This document shows, piece after piece, positions 19,460 through 27,287 of a stretch of 59,895 nucleotides of DNA. Each line of letters begins with the position of its first letter. Within the stretch, counting starts at the first letter, position 1. The stretch is from a virus (taxonomy: Duplodnaviria; Caudoviricetes). A program made the translations under genes and the position numbers. The notes under the pieces are model-generated. The model did no database searches. It saw nothing but the letters and a program-made list of their open reading frames with translations, and was not told where the DNA came from. The stretch is from IMG/VR virus record IMGVR_UViG_3300011338_000749, positions 1 to 59,895 of that record; one strand, given 5' to 3'.

Positions 19460-19705
19460 TTACTCTTGTTGAGAACCAAGGCCCCTAAGGCCATCAATCT
19501 TGCGCTCCAGTCGATCAAACCTATCAAGCAGTTGCTGCATATCTGCCCGGAATTCGTTACGCGTAATATGGTCACGCGCTACTTCTTCACGAGTACGGTT
19601 TAGCAAAATGCTAAGCCGATCCAACTCGGTGAACTTGGCCTTAAGCAGGAAACCCATGACAGCCACAATGGCACTCAAAGTTACGTTCCAAAGCATCATT
19701 TCCAT
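19460..19705 (-). CDS. Membrane-anchored coiled-coil protein
   Basis: Start ATG 19705; N-terminal TM segment; LLNRTREEVARD..T. Confidence 0.7.
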   Translation of the reverse strand: MEMMLWNVTLSAIVAVMGFLLKAKFTELDRLSILLNRTREEVARDHITRNEFRADMQQLLDRFDRLERKIDGLRGLGSQQE

Positions 19706-19707
19706 GG

Positions 19708-19962
19708 TCAGCATTTCCATCTTGCAAGAGCGGCAGCCTTACGAGTAGGCTTGCCCTTCTCGTCTTTCATTGGTCCCGGCACACCGCTCATGCGGGCGCA
19801 AAAAGAGTCCTTGCGCTTACCGCCTTGAGGCTGTGGGGCTTTGAGGTTGCTGCCAGTGGCCGCGTTGTATTTGGCACGGCCCTTGGCAGTTAGCCCTGCT
19901 CCCTTGGAAGCGGGCAGTTTTTCACCGCGCCCGATAGCAAGAGACGGAGCCTTTTTAGCCAT
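19708..19962 (-). CDS. Small basic phage protein (SFCARM family)
   Basis: GLTAKGRAKYN...RKDSFCARMSG...ALARWKC. Confidence 0.75.
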   Translation of the reverse strand: MAKKAPSLAIGRGEKLPASKGAGLTAKGRAKYNAATGSNLKAPQPQGGKRKDSFCARMSGVPGPMKDEKGKPTRKAAALARWKC

Positions 19963-19964
19963 GG

Positions 19965-20150
19965 TCAGTACATCTTGCAGGGCTTATTACGGGCCTCGCC
20001 TACGCCGCGCGGGGATGGAGAAGCAAACGGCTTCTGGTAATCCTTGCGTGCAGTCTGTTTAGGGCCGCCTTTAGACATGTCCTGCTTTTGCGCACCAGGT
20101 TGGCACTCGCCTTGGTACTCTGGAATTGACATTTTTGCTGCTCGTCCCAT
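19965..20150 (-). CDS. Small basic protein with MSKGG motif
   Basis: AAGGAG SD; C-terminal RGVGEAR..CKMY resembles the end of 19179..19439. Confidence 0.65.
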   Translation of the reverse strand: MGRAAKMSIPEYQGECQPGAQKQDMSKGGPKQTARKDYQKPFASPSPRGVGEARNKPCKMY

Positions 20151-20160
20151 GATGGACTCC

Positions 20161-20457
20161 TTATCCGTAGAAGAAGGTCACCGATGTGGGACCCGTGATA
20201 GTGATGTAAGGATCGGCTTGGAATACCACGCCGTCGCCCGGAATTATGAGATAGGAAGAGCCGTTGCCTACAGTACTAGCAGGAGTAGCCAAAAGAATCT
20301 TCTCTTCGCCGCCTGCTCCGCCATCTTTAAAAGAAATAGATCCTGCGGTGCCTGCAACGTAGTAAATTGCTTTAATACGAGCACGGGGCAAACCGATGCC
20401 TGTGGCACCAGTCGTGGTCATCGTTTTTGATCTTACGTCAAACTGAAACATAATCAA
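20161..20457 (-). CDS. Small virion protein
   Basis: AAGGAG SD; IPGDGVVF...VTFFYG. Confidence 0.7.
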   Translation of the reverse strand: MIMFQFDVRSKTMTTTGATGIGLPRARIKAIYYVAGTAGSISFKDGGAGGEEKILLATPASTVGNGSSYLIIPGDGVVFQADPYITITGPTSVTFFYG

Positions 20458-20465
20458 TCTCCTTT

Positions 20466-20487
20466 AAAACAGGGGCCGAAGCCTCTG
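20466..20487 (-). terminator. UUCG hairpin, terminator-like
   Basis: CAGAGGC-TTCG-GCCCCTG-TTTT. Confidence 0.55.
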
Positions 20488-20494
20488 AGATCAA

Positions 20495-20998
20495 TTAAGC
20501 AGTACGGGTAAATACGTATGCGGTGGCGCTGGAGAACATGATGGTATATCGTGCCAAGCCAGTAACACCAGAAGCAACAGTCAGGTCACCAAAGCTGCCC
20601 GGGGTGTCCGCGGCAGCGGAAGACAAAACCCCGTTGACTGCAACAGCAATGGTGACCGTGCTCGCGCCACCGGTGTTGTCAATATACAGGTCCATCACGG
20701 TGCCTTTGGCAGCACCAAGCGCAGCGCCGAGCAACGTGCCTGTAGGCAGGGTAATGGTGGTGGCGGCTGCCGAAGTAGAGGTGATGTAGCCGGTAATAAC
20801 CTGCGCAGCAGTGGCTGTTGCAGTGGCGTTAATCGCGGCAGTTGTTGGGTGGGTCTGGCTGGTAAAAGACAGATTGGTCACGCTGGTTGTAGTGCCAAAA
20901 GAAGCATCAATTGTGACAGCGCCAGTGGTCTTGCTGACGGTGACGGACTGGAAGCCGTTCTGCGAACGAACTGGGCCGTTGAAGGTCGTTTTTGCCAT
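20495..20998 (-). CDS. Capsid-associated/decoration protein
   Basis: MAKTTFNGPVRSQNGF start; Thr/Ala rich; immediately downstream of MCP. Confidence 0.65.
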   Translation of the reverse strand: MAKTTFNGPVRSQNGFQSVTVSKTTGAVTIDASFGTTTSVTNLSFTSQTHPTTAAINATATATAAQVITGYITSTSAAATTITLPTGTLLGAALGAAKGTVMDLYIDNTGGASTVTIAVAVNGVLSSAAADTPGSFGDLTVASGVTGLARYTIMFSSATAYVFTRTA

Positions 20999-21002
20999 GA
21001 TA

Positions 21003-21081
21003 ATTTCCTCACATGCGATGAGGCGTATCTGTCTGCATGTCGTCAGCCGGGACTGTTAGATACGCCGGAAAACCCCGGAAT
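21003..21081 (-). ncRNA. Structured RNA downstream of gpT-like MCP (candidate Mu-gpT-DE-like motif)
   Basis: 9-bp stem GGCGTATCT/AGATACGCC; loop ACATGC complementary to GCATGT abutting SD GAGG; CCGGG/CCCGG pairing; position matches my recollection of the Mu-gpT-DE motif. Confidence 0.55.
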
Positions 21082-21087
21082 GAGAGC

Positions 21088-21116
21088 AATATACACCAAA
21101 AGAAAAAGGGGCACAA
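21088..21116 (-). promoter_or_regulatory. Putative promoter overlapping the MCP terminator
   Basis: TTGTGC-N17-TATATT, with predicted start just before the structured RNA. Confidence 0.45.
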
Positions 21117-21128
21117 GGCCCCTTTTTC
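21097..21128 (-). terminator. Rho-independent terminator after MCP
   Basis: AAAAAGGGGC-CTTGT-GCCCCTTTTTCTTTT. Confidence 0.85.
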
Positions 21129-21143
21129 ATGTTTCCCGGGAGC

Positions 21144-22058
21144 TTACGCCGCGCCAGGAGAACCGTAGATACCACGTGGGTCAGACCAACCAAAGCTGTA
21201 ACGCTCACGGGCCTTGTAGCGCACGTTGCCGGTGTCAAAATCGCCTTCAAAAGCGGTCTTGATAGGCGAACGGTTGAACATCTTCAGGCCGTTAGGCGCG
21301 TCGGTGATCAGGAACCATGCGTCCACGTCGGTCAGGTAGTGGTTGACAGCGTAACCTTCGGGAATCAGGCCCATGGACTTGATTGCGTTGATATCGTTGT
21401 CAGCCGTGCTGGTGCGCAAAGTGCTTTTCATCAGGCGCTCTGCAGTGAACTGCAGTTCCTTAGGAACAATCATCTTGCGTGCCGTCAAAGCAACCTTCAA
21501 GCCACGTTCGTCAGTGAACGCCGCAATGTCGATGATGCCTTGCTCGAGAGAAGTCTCGTTCAAGTCAGCACCTACAGTGGGGCGGTTGGCGAAGTTAGGG
21601 CCCAAAGCGGTTGGGTGCGCAGTAGACATCAGGGCCACACCGTCGCCACCAGCGTACTGGCCGCCGGTGAAACCATTGTTCAACACGGAGGCAGCTTTTA
21701 CCTGCTTGGTGTTGGCCATGGAGCGAGCCAAAGCCTTGGTGTAGCGAGCAGACAGACGGTCGTAGAGGTTGTCCTCAACGGCTTCTTCAGTCAGCGCAAA
21801 CGCCATAGCGATGGTTTCGTGGGTGTAGCGAGCAGTGAATGATTCCAAAGCTGTGTCGTATGCCAAGCCAGCGCCCTCGGTTTTCACCGGAGCAGAGCCG
21901 AAGCCAGTCAACATAACTTCTTCTTCAAACGCGCGATCAGATGTCTCGGTAGAGAAAATCTCTTCGTGCTCGTTTTCGTAGCGCTTGTATTCAATACCAA
22001 ACAAGGCGTTCAAGCCTGGCTCGAGCTCTTTAACAAGTTGTGAACGGGTAATGGCCAT
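21144..22058 (-). CDS. Major capsid protein (Mu gpT-like)
   Basis: MAITRSQLVKELEPGLNALFG...EGDFDTGNVRYKARERYSFGWSDPRGIYGS; downstream of scaffold, followed by a terminator. Confidence 0.9.
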   Translation of the reverse strand: MAITRSQLVKELEPGLNALFGIEYKRYENEHEEIFSTETSDRAFEEEVMLTGFGSAPVKTEGAGLAYDTALESFTARYTHETIAMAFALTEEAVEDNLYDRLSARYTKALARSMANTKQVKAASVLNNGFTGGQYAGGDGVALMSTAHPTALGPNFANRPTVGADLNETSLEQGIIDIAAFTDERGLKVALTARKMIVPKELQFTAERLMKSTLRTSTADNDINAIKSMGLIPEGYAVNHYLTDVDAWFLITDAPNGLKMFNRSPIKTAFEGDFDTGNVRYKARERYSFGWSDPRGIYGSPGAA

Positions 22059-22060
22059 GA

Positions 22061-22648
22061 TTATGCTCCGTCAGATGCAACACCGACGCTGCCGTACTGA
22101 TGTTGATTGAGTTTGACAACGACCACTGAATAAGTACCCAACTCATTGTCGGGAGACTGATAGAGGCCAACGATTTTGAAGGTCAGTGCAGCGGTTTTGG
22201 CAATAGATGCCGAATCCAACGAGCCGTTGGAAATACCGTTGACTGTGCTACCCGTGGTAGAGGCTGTTGGATCAGCGTTCTTGCCAATATTGGCTTGAGT
22301 CACTGCAGCGCCAGCTTGCACCAGGAACAGTTGGGCGGGATCGTCCAACACTTCGCAGTCAATGACACCAGAGGTGACAGTGATGCTGCCTGGGTAGTAA
22401 TTTTTCCAAGTCGGCTTGTTGGCACGAGTTGGATCGTTGTACTGCACACCGTTGAACACGCCCGTGGGGGCAGCGTGCGTAGCAGCGTCGTACTTGATGA
22501 TGTAGCCGTCATAAATAACGACGAGATCGCCTTGGTAAATGGCTGTGGCATACGAGTTAGCAATCTGATAGCCGTATTGCTTTTGAGCACCGGTAGCAGA
22601 AAGGTTACCCGAAGGACGCAGACCAAAAGGCTTATTGATGTTTGCCAT
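22061..22648 (-). CDS. Capsid cement/minor capsid protein
   Basis: PFGLRP...IYQGDLV...GVFNG..DDP; directly upstream of MCP. Confidence 0.65.
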   Translation of the reverse strand: MANINKPFGLRPSGNLSATGAQKQYGYQIANSYATAIYQGDLVVIYDGYIIKYDAATHAAPTGVFNGVQYNDPTRANKPTWKNYYPGSITVTSGVIDCEVLDDPAQLFLVQAGAAVTQANIGKNADPTASTTGSTVNGISNGSLDSASIAKTAALTFKIVGLYQSPDNELGTYSVVVVKLNQHQYGSVGVASDGA

Positions 22649-22680
22649 TTGAATCTCCTAAAGGATAAAAATTATCAACC

Positions 22681-23154
22681 TTACGGTTGACGGAATGTTG
22701 TGCGCGAACTCCGGTCGGGTGACTGGATTTTCATTGAAGAGTGGGCGTTTTCACGCATCATCTCGTTGTCTACAGCACTCAACTGTTCCTGTGCCCTTTT
22801 GCGGAAATACGCGTTACGCTCTTCAACCGTCTCATCGGGGATCTTGGCAAGCAAGAGTCCACCAACAGAGATCACGCCAGCATGTTTGCCGTCGTCCATC
22901 GTGGGCAAAGTTGCGCGGTATTCCTCAGGAATATTTTCGGGACGAACAAGTTCGTATCCCTCGCGCAGTTTGCTGTACACGTTCTGGTTGTCAAGGGTGC
23001 CGTTGATCTCGGAACGAATCCAACGGTACTTAAATCCTTCGGGGGCAGGTGGTGCATCCAAGCGCGAAGGTGGACGCCATGGCTTGCGACGAGATTCTTT
23101 GTCCCGGCTTTCGGCGGAACGGGGGGCTCGGTCGATAGTAATTTTTTCGCTCAT
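22681..23154 (-). CDS. Conserved head-morphogenesis protein
   Basis: W.PPS.LDAP..P.GFKYRWIR...KLREGYELVR...GGLLLAKIP...RNAYF. Confidence 0.7.
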   Translation of the reverse strand: MSEKITIDRAPRSAESRDKESRRKPWRPPSRLDAPPAPEGFKYRWIRSEINGTLDNQNVYSKLREGYELVRPENIPEEYRATLPTMDDGKHAGVISVGGLLLAKIPDETVEERNAYFRKRAQEQLSAVDNEMMRENAHSSMKIQSPDRSSRTTFRQP

Positions 23155-23157
23155 GAC

Positions 23158-24084
23158 TTACTCCTTTACGTACTTGGCATACTCTTCGAGAGGTACACCC
23201 AGTTTCTTTGCAATAGCAACCTGACTCGGTGATAGCCGGACAGTTCGGCGCGCACTATTTATTCCGGAACTCCGGGATGCAGGGGCAACAGCAGGCGCGG
23301 AACGCTGTTGTCTGGAAGATTGGCTGGACGATTGCTCGCCCGCAAACCTCTTCGGGAATTCATCCCTAAGACGTCGATCCAATTCAGTATAGTACTCAGT
23401 CGATTGCGGGTCAACACCCTCTTTTTCGATGAGTTCTTGGTGGATGCCCCAAGCAGCGTAGGTCAGCACGCGATCTTGGCCAAACCAAGAGTTACGGGCT
23501 GCCCAGTCTTCGGCTTGAGGATCGGGCTGCGCGCGCTGCTGTTGCTGCGGAGCTTGATATTGCTGCTGCGGTGCAGGATTGCGCACAGCGTGTTCTTGTT
23601 GCTGCAACCAGCCTGAAACTTGGCCCTTTTCTTGGAGCAAAGTGCTCAGGCGTTCTTGCGCTTCCATCTCGGTGTCAAGGTCCCCTTCTTCACGCGCTTT
23701 GTGAATGATCTGGCGCAACTGAACTTGCTGCGTATCCAAGCGAGACTTGGCTTCGTTCAAGCGGCTGTAGTCAGTGTGTACCAGTTTCTGTTGAAGCTCT
23801 TGGGTCTGGTTCTGCAGGCCCTTGGCGTACTCCACAGCAGCCTGCTCGCGGCGCTCGGCCTCGCGCATCTTGGCGGTCAGCTTAGCAATGCGCTTTTGCA
23901 CTGCTTCGTTGACCGAGCCCAACTCATCAGAGTGAGTAGCGCTCCCTTTTTGCTCAGGGCGCTCAGGCTGTATCTTGCCTTCTTCTTGGTTACCGTCAGC
24001 GTCGTTGTCAAACGTCACCGTAGCGGCGTTTTCGTCTTCTCCAAGATTAAATTCTAATTGTTCGTTGTCCATTACAGTTGCCAT
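23158..24084 (-). CDS. Capsid scaffolding protein
   Basis: Acidic N-terminus, long coiled coil, C-terminal LSPSQVAIAKKLGVPLEEYAK; lies between portal and MCP. Confidence 0.75.
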   Translation of the reverse strand: MATVMDNEQLEFNLGEDENAATVTFDNDADGNQEEGKIQPERPEQKGSATHSDELGSVNEAVQKRIAKLTAKMREAERREQAAVEYAKGLQNQTQELQQKLVHTDYSRLNEAKSRLDTQQVQLRQIIHKAREEGDLDTEMEAQERLSTLLQEKGQVSGWLQQQEHAVRNPAPQQQYQAPQQQQRAQPDPQAEDWAARNSWFGQDRVLTYAAWGIHQELIEKEGVDPQSTEYYTELDRRLRDEFPKRFAGEQSSSQSSRQQRSAPAVAPASRSSGINSARRTVRLSPSQVAIAKKLGVPLEEYAKYVKE

Positions 24085-24092
24085 AGTTTGCC

Positions 24093-24545
24093 TTATAGGT
24101 GAACAATATCTTCAGGATTCTGGATTAGCGCCAGGACTTCGTCATCATTAATGATTCGGATTTCTCCTTCGTCAATCGGCAAGCGCGCGCCTGCATACCG
24201 ACCAAAGACAATCCAGTCACCTTTCTTGCACCACGGTCCGGTCGGGAATTTGTTCTCGTCGGCGTAGGCAAGTGGGCCAACAGACAGCACATAGCCGCAG
24301 ACCGTTGCCGACTGCTCGCGCTGCCGGGTTTGATCTGACAAGACAATGCCACCTTTGGTTTTTTCTGCCCCTCGGTAGGGCAGGATGACGATTCGCCAGC
24401 CCGTGGGGGCGGGAATTCGATCCATTACCTTTTGTTCGATCTTGTCAACATTGAGGCTGCCCTCTTTGTCGTAAGCATCGTCCAAGACAGGTACGTGAGC
24501 AGCAGCATCGTCTGCCCACTTCTTCTCCAGCGCAGTCATTTCCAT
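24093..24545 (-). CDS. groES: Phage GroES-like co-chaperonin
   Basis: PTGWRIVI...KTKGGIVL...G.VLSVGP..GD.IVFGRYAG...IINDDEVLA. Confidence 0.85.
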   Translation of the reverse strand: MEMTALEKKWADDAAAHVPVLDDAYDKEGSLNVDKIEQKVMDRIPAPTGWRIVILPYRGAEKTKGGIVLSDQTRQREQSATVCGYVLSVGPLAYADENKFPTGPWCKKGDWIVFGRYAGARLPIDEGEIRIINDDEVLALIQNPEDIVHL

Positions 24546-24555
24546 TAGAGCTCCT

Positions 24556-24741
24556 TTATTGGTCTAGGTTTTTGCCGAGAAGTTCTTGTACTTCCATCTC
24601 AACAAACTTGTAACCCTCAAGGCGTCCCATCAGAAACCGGTACTGCTCCATATCCTTCACGTTGCCGCTCACAAGGAGTTCTTCCGTTTGGCGACGGAGT
24701 CCTTTGACGGCGATCAGCGTTCTTTCGGCAAATTCAAGCAT
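24556..24741 (-). CDS. Small conserved hypothetical protein
   Basis: G.VKDMEQYRFLMG.LEG motif; in the head operon. Confidence 0.7.
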   Translation of the reverse strand: MLEFAERTLIAVKGLRRQTEELLVSGNVKDMEQYRFLMGRLEGYKFVEMEVQELLGKNLDQ

Positions 24742-24788
24742 GGATTATTCCAATGAAGCAGACAGATGGGGCCCCTGTCCGTGGGCCT

Positions 24789-24823
24789 AGTGTGCATTAT
24801 GCACACTCTTGTTACGTAATCAA
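24789..24823 (-). promoter_or_regulatory. Putative head-operon promoter with a palindromic operator over the -10
   Basis: TTGATT-N16-CATAAT; the -10 lies within AGTGTGCA-TAA-TGCACACT. Confidence 0.45.
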
Positions 24824-24955
24824 CACTTTTTTGAACGCATCTTTGCGATAAACGTACCTTTTCCCCGGTTTATCGCTGGGGGTTTCCACTCTTTTGGGCC
24901 CGGCTAAGGGCTTGGAGCTGGGCGTTTTGTTGGGCTTGGCTGTTTTGAGCTGCAT
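24812..24955 (-). CDS. Small basic protein overlapping the portal 3' end (47 aa)
   Basis: AAGGA-N6-ATG at 24955; MQLKTAKPNK...YVYRKDAFKKVLIT; fills the gap to the next promoter. Confidence 0.45.
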   Translation of the reverse strand: MQLKTAKPNKTPSSKPLAGPKRVETPSDKPGKRYVYRKDAFKKVLIT

Positions 24956-27278
24956 TTTGTGATCCTTGCTGCTGAAGTTTCTGGGTGTCGAGTGCCACTT
25001 TGGCTTTGTCGACCATGAGGTCCCCTTGCAAACGCTGGCCCTCCAGTTGGATGCGGGATTTGTCGTTTGCATCGTCCGCGGCGTCGGCAGTTGCCTTGGC
25101 CTGGATTTCCTGCTCCTTGACCTTGACCAAAGGGTCGTCGGCGGGCGGGCCTTGCAAATCGGTTTGCATTTTCTTAGCTTCTTGGTAGAACTCGGCAACC
25201 TTGATAGCAATCATTGCTTCGCGCTGCAAAGCAGAAACAATGCCTTCTGGGTCTATCCCGTACTGAGTAAACAACTCGGCTTCTGTAGACTCTTCTGCCT
25301 TCAAACGGATGTGCTCAAAGATGTGTTTCTGGATAGTGACCGTGACCTGCGGCATGCTGGCCATTGTTGGAGACAAAGCAAACAACAGGTGGCTCATCAT
25401 GTGGGCGTCATGCTGCTGGCCAGCAAATGCCTTGAGCGGCGAACCGTCCAGCGCCTGCGAGTTCTCGCTGGCCGGGTCCTTGGGCTTGTCTACGTTCTGC
25501 GTATTCAGGATTTGATCGATGTCCCGCACGCCAATGGCTTGGTACATGCGGCGATAGGCCTCGTACATGTTGTGCATCTGTGGATTGCTCTGCGCCAACT
25601 GCAACTGGGTCTGCGCCATGGTGATGCGCTGAGCCACAGAGAAGATGTTGGGGTCAGAGACAGGCAAAACGTCAATGCGGTCATCAAAGTCTTTGCGCTT
25701 GATGGTGCGTGTCTCGCCGGGCACATCGTACGGGTACTCGTCGGGCAGGTACTCCCCAAAACCCTTGGCCAAAAGCTTGAACTCAATCTTCTGGGAGTAG
25801 TGCAAGCGCTTGTGGATGGCGGACATGACCTGGCCGCCCTTTTCCAGCAAAGCAATGGTGGTTCCTACAGCAGCGTTTTGGTTGCTGTCGCCTACCTGCA
25901 TATCGGTGACGCTGGCCAAGCGGCGGCCTGCGTCTGCACAAAAACCTAATAACGCAAACAGCGTCTGGCTTGGCTCCTTGTACGGCAGAGGCATAAGGGT
26001 CTGGCTCAACTCCACGCCGCCAGCATCAATGTCCCGGAACTCGCCCGGCTGCAACGGCACATCGTCATTCATGATGCGCGCGCCCTTGGCCTTGAAGCCC
26101 GCTGGCAGATTGGCCAGCGTACCAGCATCGATCAGTTGGCGCAGCGCGGCAGTGGCCGCTTGGCTCAAGCCTCCAACCAAATGCAAGAAGCCCAAGCCAT
26201 ACGCACCGAGGCCCTGGACCAGCATGTAGTGAACGTAGTACTGCTTGCGGCGGTACAGGTCGTCACCCTCTTTCCAGTTGCGGCGCACGCCCACGGTTGC
26301 GCCAGAGGTTTTGTCAATGGTAATGACATACGGCAGGCGCAATCCTGTTGGCTCGCCATCATCACCTACGTGCTCAAAGCCTGCCAGGTCCCAATCAATC
26401 TGAAACTCCAACAGTTCCATTTCCTCGTCGTCCGCGTTAGGCGACATCTTGGTCACGCGGTCGGTTTCCTTTTGGATGATGTTGTTGCCCATGTCCGCGC
26501 TACTGCGCTCTTGGGCATTGTCCAGATATTGCCCGCGAAGCACGGCCTTGCGGTAGTCGTTCACGGACATTGGAACAACGTGCGTGATCCGAGCGCATTC
26601 GCTCATGACGCTCGAACCGTTGTAGGGAATGTAGAGGTTGTCGGGCAAGATTAGCTTGCTGACCATGCGCTGCTTGTCTTCGTCGTAGTAGACCTTCTTG
26701 AACGCCGAGCCGCCGTAGCCTGTGTAGAACAGAAGCTGGTCAAAGTCGGGCGTGTACTCTTCCATCACGTCCGTAATTTGGTAGTTCATGAAGTCGCGCA
26801 CGCGGTCGGCCTGCATCAACTTTTCGCGTGTCTCCTTGCCCATGACTTGGGTGCGCACAGGGCCCTCGGCAGGCATGAGCTCCTTCAATGCTTGGGCCTG
26901 GAATTGAACAATGGCCTCAGTCAGCAGTGGGTGCGTTGCGGCGGCTGCACCGCGGAACGGTTTGGTGCGCTCATCAAAGGTAAAACCCAAGAGCTTCAGG
27001 CCCTTGCCGTACTGCTCTTCCCAATCCTTACGCGAACCTTGGTCCGCTTCGAACAAAGGCATGAGCTCTGAGCTGATCTGTGCCAAGACTCCAGGGTCGA
27101 GGACCTCGGCCAAGTTGGCATCAAAGGAGACTTCGTCTTCCTCTTCGCCAATTGTTATATCAACGCCGCCTTCGTCGTCAAAGACAATTTCAATGTCAGG
27201 CAGGTTTTCTGTCTCAACGTCTTCAACTTCAACATCCGTATTGCCCGCAGGCAGATCGTTATTTTTTTCGATTGGCAT
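24870..27278 (-). CDS. Portal protein (P22-like)
   Basis: HPLLTEAIVQFQAQA..EL.P; GSAFKKVYYD; LRQLIDAGTLANLPAGFK; Gln-rich C-terminal barrel. Confidence 0.85.
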   Translation of the reverse strand: MPIEKNNDLPAGNTDVEVEDVETENLPDIEIVFDDEGGVDITIGEEEDEVSFDANLAEVLDPGVLAQISSELMPLFEADQGSRKDWEEQYGKGLKLLGFTFDERTKPFRGAAAATHPLLTEAIVQFQAQALKELMPAEGPVRTQVMGKETREKLMQADRVRDFMNYQITDVMEEYTPDFDQLLFYTGYGGSAFKKVYYDEDKQRMVSKLILPDNLYIPYNGSSVMSECARITHVVPMSVNDYRKAVLRGQYLDNAQERSSADMGNNIIQKETDRVTKMSPNADDEEMELLEFQIDWDLAGFEHVGDDGEPTGLRLPYVITIDKTSGATVGVRRNWKEGDDLYRRKQYYVHYMLVQGLGAYGLGFLHLVGGLSQAATAALRQLIDAGTLANLPAGFKAKGARIMNDDVPLQPGEFRDIDAGGVELSQTLMPLPYKEPSQTLFALLGFCADAGRRLASVTDMQVGDSNQNAAVGTTIALLEKGGQVMSAIHKRLHYSQKIEFKLLAKGFGEYLPDEYPYDVPGETRTIKRKDFDDRIDVLPVSDPNIFSVAQRITMAQTQLQLAQSNPQMHNMYEAYRRMYQAIGVRDIDQILNTQNVDKPKDPASENSQALDGSPLKAFAGQQHDAHMMSHLLFALSPTMASMPQVTVTIQKHIFEHIRLKAEESTEAELFTQYGIDPEGIVSALQREAMIAIKVAEFYQEAKKMQTDLQGPPADDPLVKVKEQEIQAKATADAADDANDKSRIQLEGQRLQGDLMVDKAKVALDTQKLQQQGSQNAAQNSQAQQNAQLQALSRAQKSGNPQR

Positions 27279-27287
27279 CTTTGTTCC

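Noticed and set aside
21003-21081. Canonical hammerhead ribozyme
   Set aside because: CUGACGA is present, but stem II is separated from GAAA by UGAG and stem III is too weak
24966-25949. Long plus-strand ORFs opposite late genes (also 2467..3402, 30710..31483, 43266..44012, 55156..56109, 58550..59407)
   Set aside because: Antisense shadows of well-supported genes, with no motifs, RBS or coupling
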